Below, piece by piece: positions 50,860-64,000 of a DNA stretch of 64,000 nt; within the stretch, counting starts at the first letter, position 1, and every line of letters begins with the position of its first letter. The DNA lies in NCBI RefSeq assembly GCF_009914755.1, contig NC_060947.1; one strand, written 5' to 3'. The notes below the pieces were generated by a model. The model was not told the origin of the DNA. It did no database searches and saw nothing but the letters and a program-made list of their open reading frames with translations. Origin of the DNA: the human T2T-CHM13v2.0 reference genome, Homo sapiens. Position numbers and translations under genes: made by a program.

Positions 50860-51870
50860 CATTTACTTCTTCCCAGCTGCAGACCCATTCGTCAGCTCTA
50901 CCTGAATATTCCACAGAAACCACATACCCAGAATTGAAAATCAAACTACCTCTTCCTCTTCCATTCCCTGTGTTAATGGCATCTCTTTCCATTCAGTCAC
51001 CCTAACCAGAAACCTGAAATTAACCTAGTCTCCTCCCTGTCCCTCGAACACCACGACTAGTCACCAAGTCAAATCAATTTACCCTCTTAATTCCGCTCAG
51101 ACCTCTCCCCTTCTCCTCATCCCCAGAAGTGACAGTCCATGCCTCTATCCACTGAGAGCCAGCTTACTTCAACTGTGTTCTAACTAGTCATTTTATCTCC
51201 AGTCTTCTTCCTCTCCACGGCATAAGCCACACACTGAATCCTCCACACAACTTGGATGATCTTTGTGAAAGCAAAAAGTTCCACCACTCATAGCTGCTGT
51301 TGACCACTGTGTATACTGTGCACTGTACAGCCATAGTAAGGGCATCATTCCTGGTGTGGTCTGTGTCAGTGGAGGCCCCAGGGGTTTTGCAGTGCACAAC
51401 CTGTTCAATCATATGCAGCAGCTTTCTCTATTGCCCTGCTTACAACACTCCAGTGGCTTCCGATTGCTCTGGAAATAAAGTAAAACCACTCAACATGCCT
51501 TACGAGGCCCCTCCTACCTCTCCAAATCTCTCTCTCTCCTTTACCCCCCATATTTTACACTCCAGTCATTTAAAAGGAATTTACAATTCCCCAAACCTAC
51601 TCTGCTCTCCTCTCTCTGCTTGTCTTTGCATATCTTATTTCCTTGCCTGGAATACCATTCACCCACCTATCCCTACCACGTTCAATCCCCACCCGCTGTC
51701 CAGCTGGACATTTGTGTGCATCTCTCAAGATTCAACTCATGCATCACTCTCTCCATCAAGTCTTCCCCTAACTCCCTAAGTGAAGCCAATCATTTTCTCT
51801 TCTGGTTGCCCCAGGGAAGATTCTGCACACACATATGTCATTAGCTTATTACTCTGTAGTATAATTTCTG
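50860..51870 (-). mobile_element. L2 fragments containing a small palindromic hAT element (MER91-like, 51292-51423)
   Basis: L2 motifs 'ccctgcttacaacactccagtggcttcc'; agctgctg...cagcagct termini with internal tgtgcactg/cagtgcaca. Confidence 0.55.
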
Positions 51871-52321
51871 GGCCTGAGCAATCCACAAATGGTCATTTTT
51901 GACGTGATTGTTCAGAAAGTTATTTACCACAATGAAAAACTTTGTAAACATATTTTAATATATAAATAGCTTCGAAGTATATGGAAATCCATTTTACATT
52001 TAAAATTGTTGTACTATAGTGTGTACTCTAATCACATGGCTACAAATCCCTTCCAGGGCAAATGCTGAAAAGGTACAAAAGTATTGCAAGCCCAGGTAAA
52101 AACACAGCACAGCAACTGGTGTCATTTAGGTGTTATGACACATTGTAATGCCACAGGAATGGGGGCCTGTCAACATGTAGGAGCCTTCAAAAGTGTGAAC
52201 AAGATGACACATCACACAACTCTAGAAATAAGAGAAATCACTAGCAGCAAAAATATCAACTTACATTTCATAGCATAACTAATTTAACCTTTGTGATTAA
52301 GCATGCATTCCTCCAAAGGAG

Positions 52322-52345
52322 TTTTTTTTTTTTTTTTTTTTTTTT
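52322..52345. repeat. Poly(T) tract
   Basis: About 24 consecutive T. Confidence 0.9.
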
Positions 52346-53599
52346 AGCTCCCAAGATGATGCAGAAGGTAAATGAGAACAAAACGCAAAGTACTTTCCAC
52401 TGTACTGCACGGAATGTTTCAGCAAGATTTTTTTTTGTAGTCTCCAAAAACTATTTAAATTGCTCTTAAGACCGGAACTAGTTTGTGCCCCATCACCACA
52501 TTGCCCTTAATGATTTATTACATCTAGAAAATAATATAGACCAGCTCAAAACAAAACAAGCAAGACCAAAGAGTTCTGTGTGATGAAGATGCACAGACCA
52601 CAGCCTTGAATTAATTCCTCTGGTCTAACTGAAGATGTTTGCATGGCCTCCTTTAGATTTGTGGATAGCACTGAATAGGGAGGTATATTTGGAACATGTG
52701 TTGTGGCTATCTGATTTGTGGGAAATTGCCACCAAGTCTATTTTTTGAATACCAAAACTTCCACTGCAAGGCTTAGAACCTACTAAGTCAAAACTACCTT
52801 GGGTGCACAGGAAGGCGCGCACATCAATTGCAGCACCTTGCAGACTTCTCTGAAAAGCTCTGGCTGAACTTCAGGTCTCAGAGTTGCACTCTGTTCTGAG
52901 GCAGCCCCGGTGCCCCAGTCAGAATGGCCCCATAGGAACGCAGCCCCACAGCCTGCAGCATCCTCCCTGCTACATCAACCCCAAAGCTGGGCAACTTCAG
53001 CTTGCTAAATGTGAGTGTATCACGACTGGCAAGTGACCAAGTCCATGTTACCCCACTTACTCCCCTTAATCAAACCATGGCAGCGGCCGTAAAGACTTTG
53101 TGAGTTACTTGTCTTTGCTTTTGTTTGTCCTTCCAGACAAACAAGAGCTTTTGCCTTTGTAGGGAAGCAACAAGCTCATGGACCAAGATGAAAAGATGCG
53201 CTTTTCTGGGTGCAAAGCCCAAGTCAGTGGCAGCAGCTGTTTCCCTACAACTCCTCCCCCACCTGCCCTGCCACGGCCCTGCTGCTGGTTTCCGAACCTG
53301 AGTGCCTTTTTGACTTGGTTTCCTCCACATGCGTTATGGGAAAAACAAAAACAAAAAAAAATTGCTTTTTCAACTTCAGGGAATATTACAAGGGAAGTGC
53401 ACTCCTCAAAGAGGCTGGGTTCTGGTGTGTGAGATGCAGTGTGGGAAGATACACTCTATTCCCACTTCTCCGGGGACGCACGAAAGTGGGTGAGAAGGGG
53501 ATAGGAGACCTGAACCAGCAATGGCAGAGACAGTTTCATACTGCTTCCTGCACTTTCCCACGGTCCTCCTGCGGGACCAGAGCTCCTGATCTCACCTCC

Positions 53600-54500
53600 T
53601 GCGAGCTGAGACCAGAGCTGCACGCCTGCAGCGCGGCAGCTGGCCAGAGGAACGGAGAACGGATGACCCAGCGAGTTCGTGGCTGGGAGCGCCACTGCAG
53701 CAGGAAAGTGTGTGTGTGCGCGGCGGGCGGGCGGGCGGGCGAGGTGGGGGGGTTGTATAGACTGGAAAATAAAGTGCGCGCGGGGAGGGGTGTGGACTGG
53801 AAAATAAAGAAAAGCCGGCCGGGCTGGGGAGGCAGCGGCTGAGAAGAAGGGCAAGCCAGCCCGAGGCCGCCGGGGAGGAGATGAGAGGAGGGGACTTACC
53901 TGCCACGAAGACTGCTTGCAGGAGGCAGAGGTAGTTCTTCCCGTACTTCTCGGCAATCCTCACGCGCTGCAGGGCCATGGCCATGTCCACCTGCAGAGGG
54001 ATCGCCTGGGCTATCGGCATGAAAGTGCAGCCATTTGGGTTCTGGGGCAGGCCTGGGATCCTGCCGCAGGACACTGAGGTCCACGGCGCCGAAGCGGCAG
54101 CTTGGGGCATGTGCCTGGCCGCCCGCCTTGGCGAACCCAGGTAGGGCCGGGCCCCTGCCGCTGCCATCCTCACGCTGGAGAGCCGGGCAGGGCCGCTACT
54201 CCAGCCAGCAGCTGCCCAGCTCTGACCCGCGCGCCGCCGCTGGGCACTCAGGCACTGCCGGAGGGGTACAGCCCCTGGCCCCGCTCAGCCCAGCTGCGCC
54301 GCGGCCGCCAGTCCTCCGGAGCCCCCCTAGTAGGGACAGAGGCGCAGAGGCCCGAGAGCTCCGCGCGCGCGGAGTCCAGGAACTTGTTAAGAGTTTGGGG
54401 CTCTGGCGGAGCGCTCTGGCCCCCGCCGCTGCGAGGGCAACTCTCCCTGGGTGCGCACACCCACGCCCCCGCTTAGCCACCGGTGGATGAAAGGAGGCGG
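53600..54500 (-). promoter_or_regulatory. MCF2: CpG-island promoter of the long MCF2 isoform
   Basis: Sharp rise in GC and CpG relative to the rest of the window; GC boxes (GGGCGG x4 at about 53725-53742); surrounds an exon in frame with MCF2. Confidence 0.85.
53900..54167 (-). CDS. MCF2: MCF2 distal first coding exon (MAAAGARPYLGSPRRAARHMPQAAAS...KNYLCLLQAVFVA)
   Basis: Donor GCAG|gtaagt at 53898-53899 (phase 1) joins AA at 13773 to give GAA, keeping frame into MQDIAF. First ATG is 54167 (aggATGG); further in-frame ATGs at 54110 and downstream; in-frame upstream TGA at 54285-54287. The true start is uncertain. Confidence 0.8.
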
Positions 54501-55468
54501 GGGCTGTGGAGGAGGGACGCAAGGAGCTAAAAGAGAGAATTTCTGCAGAGATTCCCATTTTCGAGGGACGAAAGGCCAACCTAGGCTAGCACTTGTGGTG
54601 GGAGGAGACAGCCCAGCCTCGCACTCTCATGGCAACTCATGCAAGTCTTGGCGGTTTCTTAGCATTCTGGCCAGTATCCACCTGGGCAAAGACTCGGCGC
54701 AAGGGAGTTACACTGTGTGAGCACATGCAGGTGGCCCTGTCAGGGCTGCTGTCTTTGCCCGAAGAGAATACTAGCCCTGAATAGTCTGAGAGGTCCTGTG
54801 CTGAAGCCGAAATATGTCCTCCGAGGATGCAAACAAACACACAGACATACTCTGATCTCAGTCTTTGGATATGCCAAGTCCCACGCCCTTCAGGTCCCAA
54901 ACGCCAAGCCTCCTGTATAGACACTTGAGCTGCCATCTGCCATGGGCATGGGAGACTTGACACGCTTTAGAGAGGACACGAGAAAACGGAAAGGCAAGAG
55001 GAGGCAACCCGTTTAAGAAGCCAAATGGAAAATGAAAGGAGCTAGAGCTCCTTCCTTGCCCTGAACCCAAAGCACTCAGGGACTGGGCCGAGGGAAGATG
55101 GAGCTCCGCAGTGCCTGGAAGGAAAAGGGTATGCAGGACCTGAGGGAGCCCTGCTTGTGAAGCAGTAGCTGGCTGAGGAGAGGCCAGGGGTGTTAGCATT
55201 TAAAAAAAATGTGTGTCTGAAGCTGAGCTAATGCCATAGGGATTCGCCCCAATTTTGCTCTAATGCTTAGAAGTCCTGATGTGAATTGCAAATGCCACAT
55301 CCCACTTTTTTCTTTAATACTTATCCTTTTCAAAATTTTCTGGCAGGAGAGTGGATTAATATTATACAGGCCAATCATTCCAAGTAGATCTCTTATGAGG
55401 AATCGCCAATTTATACCTGAGGAAAGTGGGGATAGGCAAGTGCAAAAGGCAGAGTGAGTAGGGGAGGA

Positions 55469-55495
55469 ACACACACACACACACACACACACACA
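55469..55495. repeat. (CA)n microsatellite upstream of the CpG island
   Basis: acacacacacacacacacacacacaca. Confidence 0.95.
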
Positions 55496-55729
55496 TGTCC
55501 CCCCTACAAGCACACACCTCTTCCCCTAGCCTTGCTTTTTCAACTTCTCGGAGTTGATTTACATATTTTTATCTGAATGTGTAAGCTATTTGAATGTGTT
55601 AAGTCAACCAGGCAGAATGTTTGCCAGCCTCTCTCTTGAATATGTGCACAGGGTAGAGGAGCAAATAGTTAAAATTTCCGCACTACTGTGGGTAGTATGA
55701 CATTAAGAATTCTACCAATGTGGCAGTTG

Positions 55730-57500
<1,771 letters not shown>

Positions 57501-58236
57501 AAGAATGCTGGAAAAAACATGGAGTGGATGGATAGATGACAGCCAAATATGAGAGAGGGAGAGAAAGCCTAAGCTCACATGAGCTCCTTCTGTGTCATCC
57601 ATAAAATCATTAATTATGCAGTCATTGAAAATAATTACCTCTTCTCTGAAGTTTTGCTAGACTCCCTGAACCAAACACCTTCTTTCATGCCCGTTCATCC
57701 TACCTTTCTCAAGCTGATTCTTATCATGTGTTGCAATTGTTTGCAGGTCTATCACTCAGAAATATTCTGAGGCCCTTGATGCCAGAAGAAATGTCTTATT
57801 AAGCACTGTCTTCCAGGGCTTGGCATATAGTGGGCCCTCAAAATGTGGGTTACCTGAATGGGTGAATAAAGTAACAATGAGTGAACATCAGTCTTAATTT
57901 TACTGCCAACCCTTATTGGAAAGAACACTAACCTCAGGGTTTTTCAGGTCTGAAGAAAAAGATGCATAGCTGTAACTCAGTCTCTAATTTGCATAGCACA
58001 TTCAGATTCATCTACACTACTCTATAATACAGTTTTTGGGGCCTTACAATGTAACTAACTCTTTTGGAAATAAGGCCCTTTGGTATTATTTCATTAATGC
58101 CCTTGGATGAAGTCTAAGGATAAACCAGCCTTATACCAAATTCCTCTCTCTAATGTGATGTGGTAAGGTGTTACACCATCTGCCTAAATCTTACCACTCC
58201 TGAGTAGGACACAGGGAATTTGAGTAAGAGGGAATA

Positions 58237-58399
58237 CCCTCCCTCCCTTCCCTCCCTCCCTCCCTTCCTTCCTTCCTTTCTTTTTCTTTCTTTTCTTTCT
58301 TTCCTTCCTTCCTTCTTTCTCTTCTCTTCTCTCCTCTCCTCTCCTCTCCTCTCCTCTCCTCTCCTCTCCTCTCTTCTCATCTCGTCTCCTCTTCTTTTC

Positions 58400-58400
<1 letters not shown>
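58237..58400. repeat. Polypyrimidine compound microsatellite (CCCT/CCTT/CTTT/CTCCT) derived from an Alu tail
   Basis: About 160 nt almost purely C/T next to the Alu at 58400. Confidence 0.9.
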
Positions 58401-58678
<278 letters not shown>

Positions 58679-58969
58679 GAATATTATTTCATTATAGTAA
58701 ATTAGGCATAGGTTTTGAGAAACCAGAACCTCTGAAATGCTGAAAATGGAGATAGGCAATAAAAGTAAAAATATCCTTACTACCTTTGATTTTGAGAGGT
58801 TCTACAGAATTCAGGAAGTCTATTGACATGTGAGGGGGTTACCAAATGAAAACTCCTCATTTATAGAATAAGGATAATAGCAACCTCACAATTTATATAA
58901 ATTACTTAAGATTATATAAAGGACTATATCAAGTTTCAAACATTAGGTTCTTTGCCATGTATGCAGGGG

Positions 58970-59490
58970 ACATTGGTAGTTTTTGCCTGCCTAGTTGGCA
59001 TCTATGTACTTCAACATTCCCATGGAGAGTCTCCCTATTCCATTCTAAATCCATGTGACACAGATGAGACTTCCAGCAAACCCCTGCTTCAGGGCAGGAG
59101 GGTAGTCCAGGCCAAATAAATGAGTGTATTCTGTCCCCATGGCCACTGTGATAAGTTTGAAGCAATGATACACAATCCCAGTAATTTCTGGAACCAATGA
59201 AAGGTAGAGATTATCTTCACTGAATTGTTAGTTACAAAGATGAGGTAAACCTAAGGCCGCAAAGACAGGCTGCCTGAAAATGAAACCAATATCATGAAAA
59301 CAGGGCTGATACATGTAAAGAGACAGATTCCTAATGATATTATTTGAACATCTGGATCCAGCCATGACTGAAGAAATATCCACCCACTAGATTTTTCAGT
59401 TACATAGATCAATAAATTTTCTTTTGTGCTTAAACTAGCTTACAGTTGGGGTTCTATCATTTGCAACCAAAAAAATCCAAACTAATACGT
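58970..59490 (+). mobile_element. Old MLT1-type LTR
   Basis: 3' motifs 'ctggatccagccatgactgaag...aataaattttcttttgtgcttaaactagc...atttgcaaccaaaa...actaatac'. Confidence 0.65.
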
Positions 59491-59849
59491 TATGATGAAT
59501 ACATTATAATCTAACTCCAGATTGGCATCATGGAGGCTTCTTAGATGTATGTAAAAATCCTGAAAAGTATGTTAAATGCAAGGGAGTCACTTTGACACCC
59601 TCAGCTAAGTAAGCCCAAAGAGATTGGTCAATGAATTGACCTGAATCCAGGCCCTGACATTGACTTGATGTTTACCCCTTCTCAGGAAATTCCTCAGAAA
59701 TTTTATTCTTATATGTTGCCATTTATAGATCTTCAATTTGTTGCCATTTTAAAGGCCAAAACTTTCCTTTCGGAAGAAAATATTGTTTCAGAGGTAAATA
59801 TGATTTCTGTTGTGCTTTAAAAGAAGTAGCCCCTTTAAAACTTGCTTTG

Positions 59850-60163
59850 GGTCAGACGCGGTGGCTCACGCCTGTAATCCCAGTACTTTGGAAGGTCAAG
59901 GTAGGAGGATTACTTGAGCCCAGAAGTTCAAGACCAGCCTGAGCAACAAAGGGAGACCCTGTCTCTATAAAAAATACAAAAATTAGCCGGGTGTAGTGGT
60001 GCATCCCTGTAGTCCCAGCTACTCTGGGGTCTGAAGTGGGAGGCTCACCTGAGCCTGGTTGGAGGTCAGGGATTGAGGCTGCAGTGAGCCACGATTGTGC
60101 CACTGCACTCTAGCCTTGGTGACAAAGTGAGACCCTGTCTCAAAATAAAAATAAAAATAAAAA
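59850..60163 (+). mobile_element. AluJ element
   Basis: Dimeric Alu with (AAAAAT)n tail. Confidence 0.9.
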
Positions 60164-60532
60164 TCCTTGCTCTGTTCTGATGGCCAAAGGCTGTGTAAAA
60201 AGTTTAAGAATATTTCCAATGCAATTATACTTGTAATAGAGCAAACAACTACTTCTGTAAATGAAATGCTTTGAGTACTTGCTCAAACGATGATGATATA
60301 TTGGAAATGTAAATGTTAACTGCTTGGGGCAAAATTAGAGTCAGGAATAGGAGTTTGGAATCATAACTTCCCAACTCTTTCTTTAATTTTTAGCTAGAAC
60401 TGCCTCTTTCCACATTAGGCATGATGAGTTTAGGCTCAGTGAAATGGGAATAGCTTGTTTCTTTCTGAATTTCTGTGCCACCCAATCAAATATTTACTGA
60501 CATGAATTGGGACTGAAGACTGCCATCTGAAA

Positions 60533-60574
60533 AGATGACCAAGTTAAACAGCTAGATGACCAAGTTAAACAGCT
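60533..60574. repeat. Perfect 21-bp tandem duplication
   Basis: agatgaccaagttaaacagct x2. Confidence 0.9.
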
Positions 60575-60879
60575 TGACCTAACAAAACTAGTTTTACCAG
60601 ACTGGTTATATAGGTCACATGAAGATAAAAGTATAGGTAATAGACTCACGCTAAGGTCCATAATTGTACATATGACCTGGTTATTTCTCAAAAATATATA
60701 TTCTTAGGCAACGATGACCAATAAGAAATGTACAAAGAGGACTTAGTATGTAAGACATGTTGTTTAGTTCATATAAGGACAAATTTAAAGAATCAAGTCT
60801 TTACATGATGAGCAGTTTACCATCTTAATTTGATATACAGTTGCTGTTACTACTAATAATTACAAAATTAATAATAAGT

Positions 60880-61100
60880 ATACCATCTTCATTTGCATAA
60901 TGTTTGTAAGCACTTTTTCTTCTGTCATCTCATTTGATCCTCCCAAAACATGTACAAGGAAGGCCCAGTTTATTTATTGCCACATTCCAGGTGAGGAGAC
61001 TGAGGTTTTGAGGAGCTGAGTTGCCCAAGTTTGTGCCATTTGTCCAAAGCATAACTAGATCTAGACTGTAAGTTGGCTGACTCTAATCCTAGCATTTCTG
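60880..61100 (-). mobile_element. MIR fragment
   Basis: 'tctcatttgatcctccc...aggtgaggagactgagg...ttgcccaag'. Confidence 0.65.
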
Positions 61101-61320
61101 AAATGAAAATAACCGTATCAATGAATTATAATTTTGCAGATCTGCAGCTTGTTAACATTACGCCAGAACAAAATTCTGTAATTCTCAGTCTTCCTCTGTC
61201 TTAAGGGAATCTTAGTGCTTTTAAAGCTTATAAAGTCTAGTCTCCCAATCAATGAAGAGATTCACCTCTTAGCAATTACTGTATCAATTTTAAGGATTCC
61301 AGTATTCCAGAGTATCATAG

Positions 61321-61765
61321 TTTTTATTGTAACAGCATTATTGAGATAGAATGCACATGCCATACAATTCTCCCATTTAAAGTGTACAATTCAATGGTTT
61401 TAATATATTCACAGAGATGTACAACCATCACAATCTAATTTTAGAACATCTCATCGTCCCCAAAAGAAACCTGTACCCTTTAGCTGTCACTTCTTAAGGC
61501 CCCACATCACCACCAGCCCTAGGAAACCACTAATCTATTTTCTGTCTCAATGGATCTACCTATTCTGGACATTTCATGTAGATGGAATCCTGTAATATGT
61601 AACTTTTATATTTGGATTCTTTCACTTAGCATGTTCTCCAGGTTAAACCATGCTGTAGCATGTATTAGTATTTCATTCCTTTTTAAGGCTGAATAATACT
61701 TCATTGTATGGCTAGACCATATTTTGTTTATTCATTCATCAGTTGATAGATACCATGTTTTTTAA
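61321..61765 (-). mobile_element. L1MB 3' end fragment
   Basis: 'cccatttaaagtgtacaattcaatggttttaatatattcacagag...ggaaaccactaatcta...ctattctggacatttcat'. Confidence 0.85.
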
Positions 61766-63287
61766 ATATAGAAATATTGAAACCCTGATATTTTAAAACT
61801 AACACGATATTTTTTCTCCTGAGAACGTTGTCATTTTCATCTGAAATCTAATCTTTGGATGTGCACAGAGAATATCCTGTATTAAAATTTCAAGCTAGAG
61901 ATACACTCATTTTGAAAGTATTCTCAGGACAAACTTTCCAAGGCCTCTTATTGTTGTTGAAATAGCTAGTTCTGGGTTACTTGTGTGGTCGAGCATCTTT
62001 TTCTGTTTCCTAGTCATTTATCTGTTCTTTCAGAGTCTGTTTGTGTCCTTGGTCTTCTTTCAGAGGACCCTGATGGAATAAATTTAGACTAGGGTGTGGG
62101 CATTAAAATGGGGGCATGAGAACGAAGTTGTGATGGAGGATGATGAGAGGAGAGAATAGGTGCTGGGAGATTCTTAGGCCCAATTTCCAACGTTTTCCCT
62201 TTAACCTGACCACTTCCTTTTCTCTGGTTTAGGTTCCTTCTGCTTCCTTCCTCCTTTTCCATCCAAGCCAGATTTCTTTTCTTAGGAGCCTACCCCTCCT
62301 GTGATAATTTGTTCGACCCAGAATCTTCATTCTCAATCATCCTGTCTGGAGGCACTCAACCCAGAAGGACAGAACAGCCTCATCTGAGCCTCCCCCAGGA
62401 GGAACAGCACGTTATAATATTGGGAAGAAGAAGATAACGATATCTCCATTTTAATAGAATATTGATATTTTGGCATGACTGGAAATACCCTTGTAGTTGG
62501 AGGAGAGTTTCACCGCCACTGCCCATATTCAGACCAAGCCATGGATCCAGGGACCTTGGGGGTCCACTGAAACCCAGAGGTCTATAGCATTTGGGCTACA
62601 TCTCAGTCACTGGCTCTGTGGCTGTTGCTATTTCAGACCTCTCCCAGGCCACTGTGGTTCTTCAGGATACAAAGAAAGACACTTCCTTCCTTCCCTTCCC
62701 TTCAATGTTTAAAGGCTGTTTCATGCAATAATTAGTCTGTGTAGTTTGAAATGGCAGATGAAACACACTATTTCCACTATTTTTGGAAGGTCAAAAGTAG
62801 ATAAAGTCATGAGTAAATGTTCAGGGAACCCCAGCTTAGGATGAGGTGGGAGATAGGCTCACAGAAAGGAATATGGACCAAAGGGAAGCCTTGCGATTTG
62901 GAGACACCAGGTGCTGTGAAGGGTAGGAGTGAGGCTCATGCCTAAAAACAGTGACATTCATTAAAAGACTCTAATGTGGGAAAAGTCCCTCCTGCCTCCC
63001 CAGATCCACTCATTATCGAAGGACAGCACCCACACATAGCACATCCCCTCCTCCCAAGGGAGTAGAGACTTTTCAGGGGAAATTGAAGGCCCTCTGGAGG
63101 GAAAAACTTCCCAATCTGGTATTTAGGGGTTTCCCATTATAAGATTCTATACCTCCTCTTGGTCACCCTAAAGCAATGATTTCCAGTTGGCAATCTTCTC
63201 CTATAAATACCCCCACCAGTTTTTCTAGATCTCACCCTTAAATATGAACAGGCAGGCTAAGATCACCAAATGTTTGAGGTAAGTCAC

Positions 63288-63840
63288 TGTGATGGTTACT
63301 TTTACGTGTCAACTTGGCTAGGCTATAATTAATCAATCAAACACTAATCTGGGTGTCGCTGTAAGGTTTTTGTAGATATGATTAACTTCTACAGTCAGTT
63401 GACTTTAAACAAAGGAGATTATCCATGAAAACCATAGCTCACCCAGTCAGTTGGAAGGTCTTAACAGCAAAACTAAAATTTCCCTGAAGGAGAAGAAATT
63501 CTGCCTCAAGTCTGAAGTGCCAACTCCTGCCTGAGAATTTCCAGCCTGCTGGCCTGCTTTATATATTTCAAACTTGCCTAGCCAGCACCCCATGATCCTG
63601 AAAATCAATTTCTTGAAATAACCACCTACCTACTACAAAAACACCCTTTCTCTGTCTCTATCTTTCTCTGCCTCTGTGTGTCTCACTCTGTCAATAGATT
63701 ATACAGGCATGTATATAATGTATATAATACACAATTTAAAAATACACAAATACACAAATGTAAAGCACACACATAAGATTCTACATATACATGTACAAAT
63801 TTTACTAGTTCTTGTTTCTCGGGTAGAACCCCAACAGACA
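63288..63840 (+). mobile_element. MLT2 (ERVL) LTR
   Basis: Starts tgtgatggttacttttacgtgtcaacttggctaggct; 3' 'cttgtttctcgggtagaacc'. Confidence 0.8.
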
Positions 63841-64000
63841 GAAGTCACCAAATGCAAAAGAAGACCAAGACAAACAGTGAAAATGATCTGGGCCCTGCCT
63901 GCTTTGTCAAACTTAACCTTGTACACTTTGCTCCAACCGCGCTGGCCTTCTTGGTGTTCCTGGAACACAGAGTGCTTGTTCTTTTCTCAGAGTCTATCAC

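Noticed and set aside
53210-54720. Many overlapping 100-210 aa ORFs on both strands
   Set aside because: Expected from stop-codon scarcity in a CpG island; only the frame ending at the 53899 donor joins MCF2. The ORF-track start at 54173 is GTG, not ATG.
60533-60574. Direct repeat as CRISPR-like array
   Set aside because: Two adjacent copies with no spacer in mammalian DNA; simple slippage duplication.

Overview
Human (primate) genomic DNA, AT-rich and dense in L1/Alu/LTR remnants. It holds the 5' part of MCF2 (proto-Dbl, a Rho-family GEF on Xq27), transcribed on the minus strand. I recognised it from exon translations MQDIAFLSG-GRGKDNAWIITFPENCNFRCIPEEVIAKVLTYLTSIAR-QNGSDSRFTIILDRRLDTWSSLKISLQKIS (N-terminal part of the Sec14/CRAL-TRIO domain) and the proto-Dbl first exon MAEANPRRGKMRFRRNA. 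A CpG-island exon at about 53.9-54.2 kb splices in frame to these exons across a 40-kb intron. That intron carries a full-length, dead, sense-oriented L1PA, nested old L1s, and MER50 and LTR2 (HERV-E) solo LTRs. The main hidden signal is too short for the ORF track: a candidate alternative first coding exon at 1563-1649 (-) encoding MMYLVYACSCCYCCCYCCKIIELGNLEVR. It is a cysteine string ending at a phase-0 GTGAGT donor, the same phase as the other MCF2 N-terminal exons. This suggests a promoter-selected set of interchangeable membrane-targeting N-termini (intact Sec14 domain, polybasic peptide, or palmitoylated Cys string). Repeat subfamily names and repeat boundaries were assigned by eye and are approximate.
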